NCBI GenBank assembly: GCA_036275915.1
Contig: DASUCV010000004.1
Span: forward strand, 662,204-726,203
Length of the DNA: 64,000 nt
Reading direction: 5' to 3'
Origin: Candidatus Polarisedimenticolaceae bacterium
GTDB lineage: Bacteria; Acidobacteriota; Polarisedimenticolia; Polarisedimenticolales; DASRJG01
Positions 1 to 10,605 of this stretch are shown piece after piece (position 1 is the first letter of the stretch; every line of letters starts with the position of its first letter). The notes under the pieces were generated by a model, which saw nothing but the letters and a program-made list of their open reading frames with translations, was not told the DNA's origin and did no database searches. The position numbers were made by a program, and so were the translations under genes.

Positions 1-1122
1 GAACGCGGTGAGCAGCGCGAGCGGGATGACGGAAGCGACGATGAGCGAGCAACGAAGGCTCCGCAGGAACAGCCAGACGACCCCTGCGACGAGCAGAGCG
101 CCGAACAGGAGGCTGTGATGGACCGTGGAGAGCGTGAGGTCGACGAGGGTGGTGCGGTCGTAGAACGGCTCGATCTTCATCCCCTTCGGGAGGATCTTGT
201 CGTTCAGCTCCCCGACCTTGGCGTGCACGCCTTCCAAGACTCGCGACGGGTTCTCGCCGCGCCGGAGGAGGACGAACCCTTCGGTGACGTCGACGGCCTC
301 GTTGTAGCCGATGTTACCTCGTCGCGGCGTGTGGGAGACGACGAGGCGCGCCACGTCGCCGACTGTCACGGGGGTGCCGTCCTCGTTCTTGAGCACCGTC
401 TGGCCGATCTCGTGAGGATCGCTCAGGTAGCCGACGCCGCGGATGACGAGCTCCTGGTCGCCGTGCCGGAGGAAGCCGCCACCGACGTTGTGGTTCGACC
501 GCTGGATCGCGTCGCAGAGATCCTGGAGCGTCAGACCGTGCGCGATGAGCGCCGGAGTGTCGACGAGGACGTGGATTTCCTTGAGGTAGCCTCCGAAGTT
601 GACGACGTCGGCGACCCCCGGCACCTGGCGCAGGATGCGCGAGACGTTCCACTCCTGCTCCGAGCGCACCTGCTCGGGCGTGTGGCGGTCGCTGACGAGC
701 CGGTACTGGTAGATCTCGCCGAGCGGCGTGTCGTCCGGGGAGAGCACGGGCGAGACGCCCTCCGGCAGGTCGGCCTCGTTGAGCTTCTCCGTCACGATCG
801 TCCGCGCCCGGTAGCCGTCGGTGCCGTCCTCGAAGGTCAGGAAGACGAGCGACAGCCCGAAGAGGCTCTCGCTGCGCATCTGGATCATCCCGGGCGTCCC
901 GTTGAGGACGCGCTCGAGCGGGATCGTCACCTGCCTCTCGATCTCCTCCGGCGCCTGGCCGGGCATCTGCGCGATGACGCGGACCGCGATGTTCGTGACG
1001 TCCGGGAAAGCTTCGATCGCTGTCTCGTTGTAGGCGAAGACGCCGTACGCGGCGATCCCGCCGATGACGGCGAGGACCGGCAGACGGCGATGGACGCAGG
1101 TCTGGATCAGAGACGAGAGCAC
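1..1122 (-). CDS. CusA/CzcA-family heavy-metal RND efflux permease (N-terminal part, runs off the window start)
   Basis: Minus-strand translation from GTG at 1122: VLSSLIQTCVHRRLPVL...AFPDVTNIAVRVIAQMPGQAPEEIERQVTIPLERVLNG...LLFGALLVAGVVWLFLRSLRCSLIVASVIPLALLTAF. Lies just downstream of the MFP gene. Not in the ORF track because it is open-ended. Confidence 0.92.
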   Translation of the reverse strand, partial: MLSSLIQTCVHRRLPVLAVIGGIAAYGVFAYNETAIEAFPDVTNIAVRVIAQMPGQAPEEIERQVTIPLERVLNGTPGMIQMRSESLFGLSLVFLTFEDGTDGYRARTIVTEKLNEADLPEGVSPVLSPDDTPLGEIYQYRLVSDRHTPEQVRSEQEWNVSRILRQVPGVADVVNFGGYLKEIHVLVDTPALIAHGLTLQDLCDAIQRSNHNVGGGFLRHGDQELVIRGVGYLSDPHEIGQTVLKNEDGTPVTVGDVARLVVSHTPRRGNIGYNEAVDVTEGFVLLRRGENPSRVLEGVHAKVGELNDKILPKGMKIEPFYDRTTLVDLTLSTVHHSLLFGALLVAGVVWLFLRSLRCSLIVASVIPLALLTAF

Positions 1123-1138
1123 GAGGGTCTCGCGAGGA

Positions 1139-2260
1139 TCAGAGGAGTTGCTCGGCCGAGCCGTCGAGGAGCAGCGCTCCTTCGACGACGACCTGGTCTC
1201 CGGGGGCGAGGCCCGAGAGGACGCGAACTCGTCCCTCCACCGGGCGCCCGACCGAGACGACGCGCCGCTCGAACAGATCGTCACCGGCGGCGACGTAGAC
1301 GATCGTTTCCTTCCCGCCCTTGATCAGGACCGCCTCGGACGGGAGGGTCGTTCCGGACACGGTGGTCGCGATGCGCGCCCGCCCGAACGTTCCGGGTCTG
1401 AGGCCGGCCGGCGGCGCGTCGAGCGCCAGCCGCACGGGCGCCGTGCGGAGCGCGTCGCTCACGACGGCACCGACCGCGACCACGCGAGCGGTCAGCGGCG
1501 CCGAGGCCGCATCCAGCTCGATGATGGCTTTGGAGCCGGGGCCCACGAATGGAAGATCGTGATCGGCGACGTCCGCCACGACCCACAGCGCGTTGGGGTC
1601 GCCGATCTCGACGAGCGGGTCGCCGCCGGGCTCGACCGAGGCGCCGGTCGATGTCTTGACGTCGATCACCATACCGGAGATCGGCGCACGGACGACGAGA
1701 TCGAGCCCACGGCCCTCGCCGATGACCCTCGCCGTCGCCTCCGCTTGGTCCGATTCGGCGCGGCAGGTCGTCAGGTGCGCCACCGCCTCCAGTCGCTCGC
1801 GCTCGATGCCTACACCCGCGTCCTTCATGCGGTCTTCCCGCTCGACCGCCGTCTGCGCTTCCTCGAGCGCGGCGCGCGCGGCCTCGCGGGCCGTGCGCGC
1901 CGCGGCCGCGTCCGGAGCCGCCACCGTCAGGAGAGGATCGCCGGCCCGCACCGGATCGCCGGTCTTGACGTTGACCGACACGACCCGACCCGAGAACGGC
2001 ACACCGACGCGCGAGCGCGCGCCGTCCCGGAACGTGACGTGCGCCGGTGCCGCCACGTCGACTGAACCCGTCGCCACGCCCACCGCCGCCACCTTCACGT
2101 AGGAGAGGGAGGCACGAGGGAGTCGAACGGTCCCAGGGGGAAGGGGTGTCGCCGCCTGCGCCGCCGGGTTTTGAACCCGATCGGTGCCCAACGAGGTCGT
2201 ACACGCCGGAGCGGCGCAGGCGGCGAACAGAACAAGGAGGAGCCTGGACTGTCGACCCAT
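1139..2260 (-). CDS. RND efflux periplasmic adaptor (membrane fusion protein, CzcB/CusB-like), probable lipoprotein
   Basis: C-terminal 373 aa of ORF 1139..3781 from ATG 2260 (MGRQSRLLLVLFAACAAPAC). Lipoyl/barrel motifs GRVVSVNVKTGDPVRAGDPLL, VRAPISGMV, LRPGTFGRARI, SGLAPGDQVVVEG. Confidence 0.9.
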   Translation of the reverse strand: MGRQSRLLLVLFAACAAPACTTSLGTDRVQNPAAQAATPLPPGTVRLPRASLSYVKVAAVGVATGSVDVAAPAHVTFRDGARSRVGVPFSGRVVSVNVKTGDPVRAGDPLLTVAAPDAAAARTAREAARAALEEAQTAVEREDRMKDAGVGIERERLEAVAHLTTCRAESDQAEATARVIGEGRGLDLVVRAPISGMVIDVKTSTGASVEPGGDPLVEIGDPNALWVVADVADHDLPFVGPGSKAIIELDAASAPLTARVVAVGAVVSDALRTAPVRLALDAPPAGLRPGTFGRARIATTVSGTTLPSEAVLIKGGKETIVYVAAGDDLFERRVVSVGRPVEGRVRVLSGLAPGDQVVVEGALLLDGSAEQLL

Positions 2261-2275
2261 CGTGAGCGGCTCTAT

Positions 2276-2291
2276 TGCAAGGGCCTTGCCT
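2276..2291 (-). promoter_or_regulatory. Putative sigma54 (-24/-12) promoter of the RND efflux operon
   Basis: Minus strand AGGCAAGGCCCTTGCA = GG-N10-GC, 15 nt upstream of the MFP start. A sigma54 activator is encoded divergently. Confidence 0.6.
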
Positions 2292-2395
2292 ACTCCGAAC
2301 GGGCGCAATCGCGCGCTGTGGGCGCGGCGGCACTGGCATCCACGCCACACTCGGTACATGCTGTCCCCACTCCCAGGGGGCCAGCGGGAGCACGG

Positions 2396-3865
2396 ATGCG
2401 GGTTTCGTCCAAGCTGACCGTGGGTATCAGCGTGGTCAGCCTCCTCATCGCCGGCGCGCACGGCTGGCGACAGATGGTGCAGGAGCGCAAAGATCTCCGC
2501 GGGGCGATCGAGCGCGACCTCCGGACCGTCGGGAACGCGGTCCAGGTGTCGCTCGAGCACGCCCTCCGCGACCGGCAGTACACCGACATCCAGGGCGCGC
2601 TCGACTCGCTCGAGGGGATCGCTCCCGACCTCGACCTCTTCGTCTTCGCGCCGGAAGGCGGTCTCCGGGCACGCTCGATCGGGAGCGTCGACGAGCCGAT
2701 CCTGCGGACGTTCGCGGCACGGGCGGCCTCGTCCCGCCAGCCGGTCCTCGAGATCGACGCGGAGCAGGCGTGGCGGGCGACGCTCGGCCTCCCGCTCGTC
2801 GACGACGAAGGCCATGACGCCGGCGCGCTCGTCCTCGTCCAGCCCCTGGTCGAGGTGCGGCGCGACCTCGTCGACACCCGGCGCGGGATCCTGGTCTCGC
2901 TCTGCATCCTTGTGATCGCGCTCACCGGCGTTCAGGCGCTGCTCGGAACGCTCTGGGTGACCCGCCCGCTCTCCGCGCTGGCGAGCGGCATGCAACGCCT
3001 GCGCGAGGGACGGCCCCCTCATGTCGCCGGCACGCGCCGGAACGACGAGGTCGGCCGACTCGGCAAGGAGTTCGACGCGCTCGTTGCCGATCTCAGGGTG
3101 GCTCGCGACCGGATCGCGCGGGAGGTCGAGTCGCGTCTCGCGCTCGAGCAAGGGCTCCAGCGCGTCGACAAGCTCGTGACGATCGGTCAGCTCTCCGCCG
3201 GGCTCGCCCACGAGATCGGCTCGCCGCTCCAGGTCATGAGCGGGCGCGCTCGCGCGCTCATGGCCCGGTCCACCCACGAGGACGAGGTCAGGAAGAATGC
3301 GGCGGTCCTCGCGGACCAATCCGACCGGATCGCGCGGATCGTCGAGCGCCTGTTGCTGTTCGGGCAGCGCCGCACGCCGCGGATGGCGGAGACCGACCTC
3401 GCCGCTCCGGTGCGAACCGTCCTCGATCTCATGGAGCCGTCGGCGCGGCGGCGCGGCATCAGCGTCGCCTTCCAATGTCCGCCGGAGCCTCCGCGCGTCG
3501 TCGCCGACGTCGATCAGATCCAGCAAGTGGCCCTGAACCTCCTGAAGAACGCCCTCGCCGCGACGCGGGACGGCGGGCACATCTCGATCCGCGTGGGCCC
3601 CGGCCGGATCGAGAGTCCCGACGGGCCGATTCCGGCCGCGCGTCTCGAGATCGAGGACGACGGGTGCGGGATGACCGAGGACGTGCGCGCCCGCCTGTTC
3701 GAGCCGTTCTTCACCACGCGCGAGAATGAAGGGGGGACCGGGCTCGGCCTCCCCGTGGTCCAGTCGATCGTGCGCGCGCACGGCGGAAGCCTCGGCGTCG
3801 TCACGTCGCCCGGATCGGGCACGAAGTTCACGATCGACCTTCCAGCGCAGGGGGCCTCTGCATGA
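2396..3865 (+). CDS. HAMP-domain sensor histidine kinase
   Basis: ATG 2396 (MRVSSKLTVGISVVSLLIAG). Two TM segments, HAMP, H-box LAHEIGSPL, N-box QVALNLLKNA, G-boxes DDGCG and GTGLGL. Confidence 0.93.
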   Translation: MRVSSKLTVGISVVSLLIAGAHGWRQMVQERKDLRGAIERDLRTVGNAVQVSLEHALRDRQYTDIQGALDSLEGIAPDLDLFVFAPEGGLRARSIGSVDEPILRTFAARAASSRQPVLEIDAEQAWRATLGLPLVDDEGHDAGALVLVQPLVEVRRDLVDTRRGILVSLCILVIALTGVQALLGTLWVTRPLSALASGMQRLREGRPPHVAGTRRNDEVGRLGKEFDALVADLRVARDRIAREVESRLALEQGLQRVDKLVTIGQLSAGLAHEIGSPLQVMSGRARALMARSTHEDEVRKNAAVLADQSDRIARIVERLLLFGQRRTPRMAETDLAAPVRTVLDLMEPSARRRGISVAFQCPPEPPRVVADVDQIQQVALNLLKNALAATRDGGHISIRVGPGRIESPDGPIPAARLEIEDDGCGMTEDVRARLFEPFFTTRENEGGTGLGLPVVQSIVRAHGGSLGVVTSPGSGTKFTIDLPAQGASA

Positions 3866-5229
3866 GCGCGCGCAAGCGCCGTCTGCTGGTGCTCGACGAC
3901 GATCCCGAGGTCGTCTCCTATCTCACCGAGGAGCTCGAGCGCGAGGCGTTCGCCGTCACCGGCGCCACCGACCCCGCCGACGCGCTGGCGCGGATCGAGC
4001 GCGACAACTTCGACCTCGTGATCTCCGACATCGAGATGCCCGGGATGCGCGGGACCGATCTGCTCGCGGCGATCCAGTCCCGGCGCCCGGACCAGCTCGT
4101 CGTCCTGATCACGGCGTTCGGGAGCATCGACCTCGCCGTGCGCTCGATCCACGCCGGCGCCGCCGACTTCGTCGCGAAGCCGTTCCGCATCGAGGCGCTC
4201 CTCCTCGTCGTCGAGCGCGCGCTCCGCGAGCGCCAGATGCGGCACGAGATCGTGCGCCTGAGGCGCCGCCTCGCCGAGGATCCGGACCCGACCGTCGTCG
4301 CCGTGAGCCCCGCGATGCGGCGCGCCGTCGATCTCGCGCGGCGCGCGGCGGGGACCGATGCCACGGTCCTCCTCACCGGCGAGAGCGGGACCGGAAAAGG
4401 CGAGCTGGCGCGGATCATTCACGAGAGCGGGCCGCGCCGCAACGGAGCGTTCGTGCGGCTGAACGCCGCGGCGCTCCCGGCGACCCTCGTCGAGTCGGAG
4501 CTCTTCGGCGTGAAGCGCGGGGCGTTCACCGACGCCAAGGAAGATCGCAAGGGTCTTTTCGTCGCGGCCTCGGCGGGCACGCTCTTCCTCGACGAGGTCG
4601 GCGAGCTGGCGCCCGAGACCCAGGCGAAGCTCCTCCACGTGCTCGAGTCGGGCCGCGTCCGCCCGGTCGGCAGCGTCGAGGAGCTCGACGCGCACGCGCG
4701 GGTCGTCGCGGCAACGAACCGGCCTCTCGAGACCCTCATGGCCGAAGGGCGCTTTCGCGCCGATCTCTACTACCGCATCAACGTCATCCGCATCGACGTG
4801 CCGCCGCTTCGAGACCGTCGCGAGGACATCCTCCCGCTCATCGACGGCCTCCTCGGCCGCGCCTGCGAGCGCCTCGGGCGGCCGGTCGCGGGGATCTCGA
4901 AAGACGCCATGCGGCTCCTCATGGCCCACGACTGGCCGGGGAACGTGCGGGAGCTGGCAAACACGCTCGAGCGCGCGGTCGCGCTCTCCGATCACGACAC
5001 GATCGTGGCGGAGGACCTCGCGGGGATCGGCGCGCGGCCGGCCGCGGCGACGGTCATATCCCCTGCCCTCGGCCTCACGCTCGCCGAGCTGTCGCGCGAT
5101 TACGCGCGGCGCGTCCTGGACGCGCACGAGGGGAACAAGGCGGCCGCCGCGCGCGCGCTCGACATCGACCGCCGCACGCTCTACCGGATGCTCGGGAACG
5201 GCGAAGGCGACGAAGCGGAAACGGGTTAA
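3862..5229 (+). CDS. Sigma54-dependent (NtrC/ZraR-type) response regulator
   Basis: REC domain, Walker A GESGTGK, ESELFG..GAFTDA, WPGNVREL, Fis-type HTH. ATGA overlap with the kinase. Confidence 0.95.
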   Translation: MSARKRRLLVLDDDPEVVSYLTEELEREAFAVTGATDPADALARIERDNFDLVISDIEMPGMRGTDLLAAIQSRRPDQLVVLITAFGSIDLAVRSIHAGAADFVAKPFRIEALLLVVERALRERQMRHEIVRLRRRLAEDPDPTVVAVSPAMRRAVDLARRAAGTDATVLLTGESGTGKGELARIIHESGPRRNGAFVRLNAAALPATLVESELFGVKRGAFTDAKEDRKGLFVAASAGTLFLDEVGELAPETQAKLLHVLESGRVRPVGSVEELDAHARVVAATNRPLETLMAEGRFRADLYYRINVIRIDVPPLRDRREDILPLIDGLLGRACERLGRPVAGISKDAMRLLMAHDWPGNVRELANTLERAVALSDHDTIVAEDLAGIGARPAAATVISPALGLTLAELSRDYARRVLDAHEGNKAAAARALDIDRRTLYRMLGNGEGDEAETG

Positions 5230-5255
5230 CAGTCGATAGTCAACAGTTCACAGTA
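5228..5255. repeat. Four degenerate tandem heptamers
   Basis: AACAGTC-GATAGTC-AACAGTT-CACAGTA, AT-rich, between convergent genes. Confidence 0.5.
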
Positions 5256-5257
5256 AG

Positions 5258-5286
5258 AAAAAAGGGCGCTCCGGAGAGCGCCCTTC
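5258..5286 (-). terminator. Rho-independent terminator of the RRM gene
   Basis: Hairpin AAGGGCGCTC-CGGA-GAGCGCCCTT with a T-run on the minus strand. Confidence 0.8.
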
Positions 5287-5310
5287 GAGTTGTCGATGTG
5301 TGTGTGTCGC

Positions 5311-5658
5311 TCAGTACCGGCGATTGCCGCCGCGACCGCCGCCGCCACCACCGCTGCGACCGCCGCCGTAGCCACCACCGCCGCCGAACCCGCCACCGCC
5401 GCCCGAGCTGCGCTCACGCGCCTCGTTGACGGTCAGCGGCCGGCCTCCGAACTCACGTCCGTTCAGATCGCGAATCGCGCTGTCGGCGTCCTCGGACGAT
5501 CCCATCTCCACGAAACCGAAACCGCGCGGGCGGCCGGTGTCGCGATCCGTGACGAGCTTGACCTCGACCACGTTGCGGCCGTTCTGACCGAAGAGCTCGC
5601 GGACTTGATCGTCGTCCGCACTGAAGGGAAGGTTGCCGACGTACAGTCTCGTACCCAT
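5311..5658 (-). CDS. RNA-binding protein (RRM) with glycine-rich tail
   Basis: MGTRLYVGNLPF (RNP2), RGFGFVEM (RNP1), LTVNEAR, Gly-rich C-terminus. Confidence 0.95.
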   Translation of the reverse strand: MGTRLYVGNLPFSADDDQVRELFGQNGRNVVEVKLVTDRDTGRPRGFGFVEMGSSEDADSAIRDLNGREFGGRPLTVNEARERSSGGGGGFGGGGGYGGGRSGGGGGGRGGNRRY

Positions 5659-5836
5659 GCTCGAACCTCTACCGCTCCCGCGGGAGCCGAAACCAGATCC
5701 TGACCCCCGAGCCGAACTTTCGGCCCAGTACGCGTGCCAAAGCGCCACGCAGGTGATGGCACGCAATTCAGTCGTTTCTGTACGATAAGAATGCCGCCAG
5801 GACCTGCCCACACGTTACGGGAGCGACTGCAGGCTG

Positions 5837-6475
5837 TCAAGCACGGCGCAGGTGACGATCGATCGCATTTTGCGCGAAAACTTCATGACTTATAAGCGCT
5901 GCGGGGTCGTAGCCGGCAGGCGCGAAGACGACCATCAAGAGCGACACCGTCGCCGCGTCGACCGCGGTACGCGCTGAGTCGGAGCTCGGGTTGCCGAACG
6001 GCCCGACACGGTCCGAGAGCACGGGCCGGCCATCGAGGTGGACATCATCCTTCCGGATGCCGGGGTACGACTCGCCGGGCGCCCCGCGGCGGAGGATGAC
6101 GGGACCGTCGATCTTCGCCGCGTCGTAGAGTCCGATCGGCAACAGGAAGGTGGCGGAGCAGAGGTTGGCGACGTCCACCGCGGCGTTCACCGCCGGGAAC
6201 GGCTTCCCCTGGAGAACCCTGCGCACGAGCGCTTCCGACGAGGGCCTCGTCGACGTCGGATCGAGGCCGAACGCACGGTACAGCGTGCGCGCCGCCGAGA
6301 GGCCGGGAATCTCCCCGGGACTCTTGCCTGAGTACGCGGCCCGCAGGGAGGCCGCCAGAGCGTCGATCTCCGCCGTCAGGTTCGGCCCCGCGGCGCCGAT
6401 GCGGAGCCCCTCCGCCGCGACAACCGCGGCCGAGACCAGCTGCCGGATGTCGGGGGCGATCGTCAATTCGGGCAT
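5837..6475 (-). CDS. B3/B4-domain (PheT-related, tRNA-editing-like) protein
   Basis: LYRAFGLDPTSTRPSSEALVRR, VNAAVDVANLCS, PIGLYD, GPFGNPSSDSART. Start placed at ATG 6475. Confidence 0.85.
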   Translation of the reverse strand: MPELTIAPDIRQLVSAAVVAAEGLRIGAAGPNLTAEIDALAASLRAAYSGKSPGEIPGLSAARTLYRAFGLDPTSTRPSSEALVRRVLQGKPFPAVNAAVDVANLCSATFLLPIGLYDAAKIDGPVILRRGAPGESYPGIRKDDVHLDGRPVLSDRVGPFGNPSSDSARTAVDAATVSLLMVVFAPAGYDPAALISHEVFAQNAIDRHLRRA

Positions 6476-6563
6476 GGACTTAGGATAGGTCAGGTCGAAT
6501 CCGGTTAATGGCCGGCCCGGTGGGTGCGTTGTGAAGGATGACGACACGACGAAGGAGGAGGCC

Positions 6564-7103
6564 GTGCACGCCTTGACCCGACCCCGCCCCGAGACCGACG
6601 GAGCCGCCCACGCCGCGGCGGCCGCGCTCTTCGAGGCCCACCACGAGCGCGTCTACCGGGTCGCGCGACGGATCACCGGTCGCGCCGAAGATGCCGAAGA
6701 CGTCCTTCAGACCGTCTTCCTCCGGATCGTGCGGCGGGAAGACGCTCCCATCCGCGCCGATGAAGCCGCGAGCTATTTCCACCGGGCCGCGACGAACGCG
6801 TCGCTCGATCTGATCCGGCGGCGGCGCGCCGCACGATCGGAATCGATCGACGATGCGGACCGCTTCTCCGATGCCGCCCCCTCTCCGGAAGCCCAAAGCC
6901 GGGGCGACGAGCTGCAAGCAAAGGTGAGGGAGGCGCTCGCTGCGCTCTCACCGCGAGCCGCGGAGATCTTCGTCCTTCGTTATTTCGACGGGTACGGGAA
7001 TCGAGAGATCGCCCGCATGCTCCGCACGTCTTGGAGCACCGTGGCGGTCACGCTCCACCGGACCCGCGCCAAGCTCCAGAAAGAACTCAAGGGAGATCTG
7101 TGA
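6564..7103 (+). CDS. ECF RNA polymerase sigma factor
   Basis: Region 2 [13 protein letters not shown], region 4 [19 protein letters not shown] 6564 follows AAGGAGGAG; alternative start 6531. Confidence 0.92.
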   Translation: MHALTRPRPETDGAAHAAAAALFEAHHERVYRVARRITGRAEDAEDVLQTVFLRIVRREDAPIRADEAASYFHRAATNASLDLIRRRRAARSESIDDADRFSDAAPSPEAQSRGDELQAKVREALAALSPRAAEIFVLRYFDGYGNREIARMLRTSWSTVAVTLHRTRAKLQKELKGDL

Positions 7104-9673
7104 TGAGCCGACACGACGATACCAGGCCGTCCTTGGACGAGATCGTCGACACGATCCGGACGACGACGCCTTCGCGGGACGAGATCGACGGCGCGGCGGC
7201 GCGCGTGCGCACGCGCCTCGGTCTCGAAGGCGCGGCTCCCGCCGCCGAGACCACCGTTCACATCGAGAGCTGCGCCGGATTCCAGGCGCTGATCCCCGCT
7301 TACCTCGGCGGGAAGCTGCCCCGCGAGACCGCGCTCCTCCTCGAAGACCACAGCCGCGAGTGCATCCCGTGCCGTCGCGCGCTCCTCATCGCGCGGCAGC
7401 CGGCGGCGTACGCGAGATCGGCGGCGGATGTCCCCCGACGGACGTCGCGCACGCGTCTCCTCGCCGCCGCGGCGGTGGCGGCGGTGGCGATCGTCGGCGC
7501 GTACACGGCGTGGCGGGTCTTGCCCGCGCTCGGCGCCGATCCGCACCTGAAGGTCATGCGCATCGACGGCAATCTGTTCCAGGTCCGCGCCGGCGACCTC
7601 GTCGCCCTGCGGCCCGGGATGACCGTCTCGGCGAAGGAAGCGGTGCGGACGGCGAAGGACTCGGGAGCGCTCGTCATGATGGACGACGGCTCGCGCATCG
7701 AGATGCGCGACCGCACCGAGCTGGCCGTCGACCGGGGGCGCGATGGGAGCACCGTCCGCCTGGGCGCCGGCGCGATCATCGTCGAGGCCTCGCCTCAGGG
7801 CTCGGGACACCTGGACGTCCGCACCGACGATTGCCTCGTCGCGGTCAAGGGCACGATCTTCTCGGTGAACCACGGCACGCGCGGATCGCGTGTCTCCGTC
7901 GTCGAGGGCGCCGTGCGCGTCGCCGCCGACGGGCGCGAGAGCCTCCTGAAGCCGGGCGACCAGGTCACGACGACCGACGCGCTCGCGGCGGTCTCCGTCC
8001 AGGACGAGATCGCCTGGAGCAAGGACGCCGAGCGGTACGACCAGCTCCTCCGCGAGCTGGCATCCCTGCGCAAGGACCTCGACGCCCGGGTTCCCAACCC
8101 GGCGATGCGGTATCGCTCGGAGCTGCTCGACAAGATGCCCGACGGCACTGTCCTGTACGCGGCGATCCCGAACGTCACCGACGCCCTCGTCGAGTCGAAG
8201 CGGGTCTTCGAGGAGCACATCGCCCAGAGCGAGGCGCTCCAGGCGTGGTGGAACGAGCACATGCGCGGGCCCGAGCAGCAGAAGGAGATGGACGAGACGT
8301 TCGAGCGCATTCAGGCGTACGGCCATCAGCTCGGCGACGAGATCGTCGTGTCGCTGTCGATGGACGCCGCCGGTCACGTCCGCGGACCGATCGTGACGTC
8401 CGTCGTGAAGGACCCGGAGGCGCTCCGGAGGCTGATCGCGAAGGACCTCCGGTCGGCTCCCGACGGCCAGGAGATCGCCGACAAGGCGTCGCTGACGTTC
8501 GACGGCAATCTCATGCGCCTCGAGTGCAAGGAGCACGCGGCGGCCGCGGTCGCCGGCGGCCCGTGGGCCGTCGCCCCTCTCCACGAGAAGCTCCAGGCCG
8601 CATATGCCGAAGGAGCCTCGTGGCTCTTCGCCGCCGACCTCAAGACGATGCTCGGCCGCGTGATGCAAGAGGCCGAGGCGCATGGCGGCCACGCCGAGGG
8701 GCTCGAGCGGACGGGCCTCCTCGACGCCGAGTACGTCGTCTTCAAGAGGACCGAGGAGCCGGGCGGCGCCGAGCACCGCGCCGAGATCTCGTTCGATCAG
8801 CCGCGGCGCGGGATCGCCGGGTGGCTCGCGTCGCCCGCGCCCCTCGGCGCGGCCGAATTCGTCTCTCCCGACGCCTCGTTCATGGCCGCGGCGGTGATGC
8901 GCCGGCCCGAGCTGCTGCTGTCCGAAGCCCTCACCTGGGTCGGACCCGGCGTGATGGTCAAGGACGACGGGAACGTCGCCCTCTTCGAGGATCTCGCACG
9001 GACCCTCGGCGGCGACGTCGTCTTCGCGCTCGACGGTCCCGTCCTCCCGGTTCCCTCGTGGAAGCTGGCCATCGAGGTCTACGACACGGAAGCGTTCCGC
9101 CGGGCGTTCGACGCCCTGGTGGCCAAGGCGAACGATCAGCTCGCCGCGTCGGGACACGAGGGACGAATCGTCGTCGAGCCGGTTCAAGCCGGGAACCGAA
9201 CCGATTGGGTCGTGCGTTACACCGGGAACGGAGGGAGCAACACGCCGATGCGTTACACGTTCGTCGATGGCTATCTCGTCGCGGCGCCGAGCCAGGTGAT
9301 GATCGACCACGCGATCGAGCAGCGGCAGAACGGGTACACGCTCACGCGCTCGAAGGAATTCCAGGCGCTCCTGCCCACGGACGGCGAGGTCAACGTCTCG
9401 GCCGCAGTCTGGCAGAAGCTCGGCCCGGTCGTCGGGCAGCTCGCGGGTCAGTTCTCCGCGATCGTCGACTCCGAAGAGGCGCGGCGCCTCGAGGCGATGG
9501 CGGGCGAGAGCCGGCCGCGTCTCGTCACCGCTTACGCCGAGCCGCAGCGCATCGTGGTCGGCTCGCGCGGCGAGGCCGGCATCGGTTCGCTCCTCGGGTC
9601 GATCATGTCGGCGAACGAGCTGCAGATGCTCGGCCGCCTCGCGGAACGGGCCAAGGCGGACCGGACCCCGTGA
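7103..9673 (+). CDS. Large anti-sigma factor: zinc-finger (ZAS), TM helix, FecR domain, long extracytoplasmic C-domain
   Basis: TGATG overlap with the sigma gene. C..F..L.PAYL.G and HSRECIPC (HxxxCxxC), TM helix, FecR motifs [27 protein letters not shown]. Confidence 0.85.
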   Translation: MSRHDDTRPSLDEIVDTIRTTTPSRDEIDGAAARVRTRLGLEGAAPAAETTVHIESCAGFQALIPAYLGGKLPRETALLLEDHSRECIPCRRALLIARQPAAYARSAADVPRRTSRTRLLAAAAVAAVAIVGAYTAWRVLPALGADPHLKVMRIDGNLFQVRAGDLVALRPGMTVSAKEAVRTAKDSGALVMMDDGSRIEMRDRTELAVDRGRDGSTVRLGAGAIIVEASPQGSGHLDVRTDDCLVAVKGTIFSVNHGTRGSRVSVVEGAVRVAADGRESLLKPGDQVTTTDALAAVSVQDEIAWSKDAERYDQLLRELASLRKDLDARVPNPAMRYRSELLDKMPDGTVLYAAIPNVTDALVESKRVFEEHIAQSEALQAWWNEHMRGPEQQKEMDETFERIQAYGHQLGDEIVVSLSMDAAGHVRGPIVTSVVKDPEALRRLIAKDLRSAPDGQEIADKASLTFDGNLMRLECKEHAAAAVAGGPWAVAPLHEKLQAAYAEGASWLFAADLKTMLGRVMQEAEAHGGHAEGLERTGLLDAEYVVFKRTEEPGGAEHRAEISFDQPRRGIAGWLASPAPLGAAEFVSPDASFMAAAVMRRPELLLSEALTWVGPGVMVKDDGNVALFEDLARTLGGDVVFALDGPVLPVPSWKLAIEVYDTEAFRRAFDALVAKANDQLAASGHEGRIVVEPVQAGNRTDWVVRYTGNGGSNTPMRYTFVDGYLVAAPSQVMIDHAIEQRQNGYTLTRSKEFQALLPTDGEVNVSAAVWQKLGPVVGQLAGQFSAIVDSEEARRLEAMAGESRPRLVTAYAEPQRIVVGSRGEAGIGSLLGSIMSANELQMLGRLAERAKADRTP

Positions 9674-10605
9674 CGGGACCCGGCGCCATCGAGCTCCAGG
9701 GATTGGGCGTGCGCTTCGGCGCACGTCCGATCCTGCACGATCTTACCGCCACGATGTCCGGGCGGGCGATCGGACTTCTGGGCCCGAACGGCGCCGGGAA
9801 GACGACCCTCCTCCACACCCTGCTCGGATTTCACGCTCCCGCCTCCGGCGGCGCCCGGATGCACGGCAAGGACGTCGTCCGGGAGGCGATGGCGCTCAAG
9901 GGCATCGTCGGCTACATGCCGGAGAGCGACGCCTTCATCGCGGGGATCACCGCCGTCCGGTTCGTCCGGATGATGGCCGAGCTGTCCGGGCTCCCGCCGG
10001 GTGCCGCGCTCGAGCGGGCGCACGAGACGCTGCAGTATGTCGGGCTCGGCGAGGCGCGCTACAGGACCCTCGAGGGGTTCTCGCTCGGCATGAAGCAGAT
10101 GGCCAAGCTCGCGCAGGCGATCGTCCACGCGCCGAAGATCCTCTTCCTGGACGAGCCGACGAACGGCCTCGATCCGCCGGCGCGCGCGCGGATGATCCGC
10201 CTCGTCAAGGAGATCCGCGATTCGGGCCAGGCGCAGATCGTCCTCTCGTCGCACCTCCTGCGCGACGTCGAGGAATGCTGCGACGAAGTGCTCGTGCTCA
10301 AGGACGGCGCGATCGCGTTCCACGGCGACCTCGAAGAGGAGCGGAAGGCGAACCGGAAGTTCCTCCAGGTCGAGACGCGCGGCGACGAGCGCGCCTTCGC
10401 CGCCGCCGCCGAGGCGCTGGGATGCACGTGCGCGCTCGTGTCGCCGGGCCGGCTCAGGATGGTGCTCCCGGAGTCGGTCGCGGTGCGCGACCTTTACAAG
10501 CTCGCCGCGGCGCAGCAGCTCCAGATCCGCAAGCTCGACTACAAGCGGGATTCCTTGCAGGACATCTTCTTGAAAGCGATGGAGGGGTCCCTTGGCCGTC
10601 TATGA
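9670..10605 (+). CDS. ABC transporter ATP-binding protein
   Basis: GTG 9670. Walker [10 protein letters not shown], signature FSLGMKQ, Walker [15 protein letters not shown]. Confidence 0.93.
   Translation: MTGPGAIELQGLGVRFGARPILHDLTATMSGRAIGLLGPNGAGKTTLLHTLLGFHAPASGGARMHGKDVVREAMALKGIVGYMPESDAFIAGITAVRFVRMMAELSGLPPGAALERAHETLQYVGLGEARYRTLEGFSLGMKQMAKLAQAIVHAPKILFLDEPTNGLDPPARARMIRLVKEIRDSGQAQIVLSSHLLRDVEECCDEVLVLKDGAIAFHGDLEEERKANRKFLQVETRGDERAFAAAAEALGCTCALVSPGRLRMVLPESVAVRDLYKLAAAQQLQIRKLDYKRDSLQDIFLKAMEGSLGRL

Noticed and set aside
115..1323. 402-aa plus-strand ORF
   Set aside because: Antisense shadow of the CusA/CzcA gene; a high-GC codon-bias artefact with no motifs.
2261..3781. N-terminal half of the 880-aa ORF, suggesting a giant MFP fusion
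   Set aside because: It is antisense to the histidine kinase; the real MFP starts at ATG 2260.
5757..5772. TGGCACG as a sigma54 site near the RRM gene
   Set aside because: No TTGC at -12, and it points away from any gene start.
7360..9669. Long upstream extension of the ABC ATPase (1081-aa ORF), and similar extensions of pyrG, kdsD, glyA and the 31426 gene
   Set aside because: Arg/Gly-rich off-frame read-through of the overlapping upstream gene; recognisable protein begins only at the coupled start.
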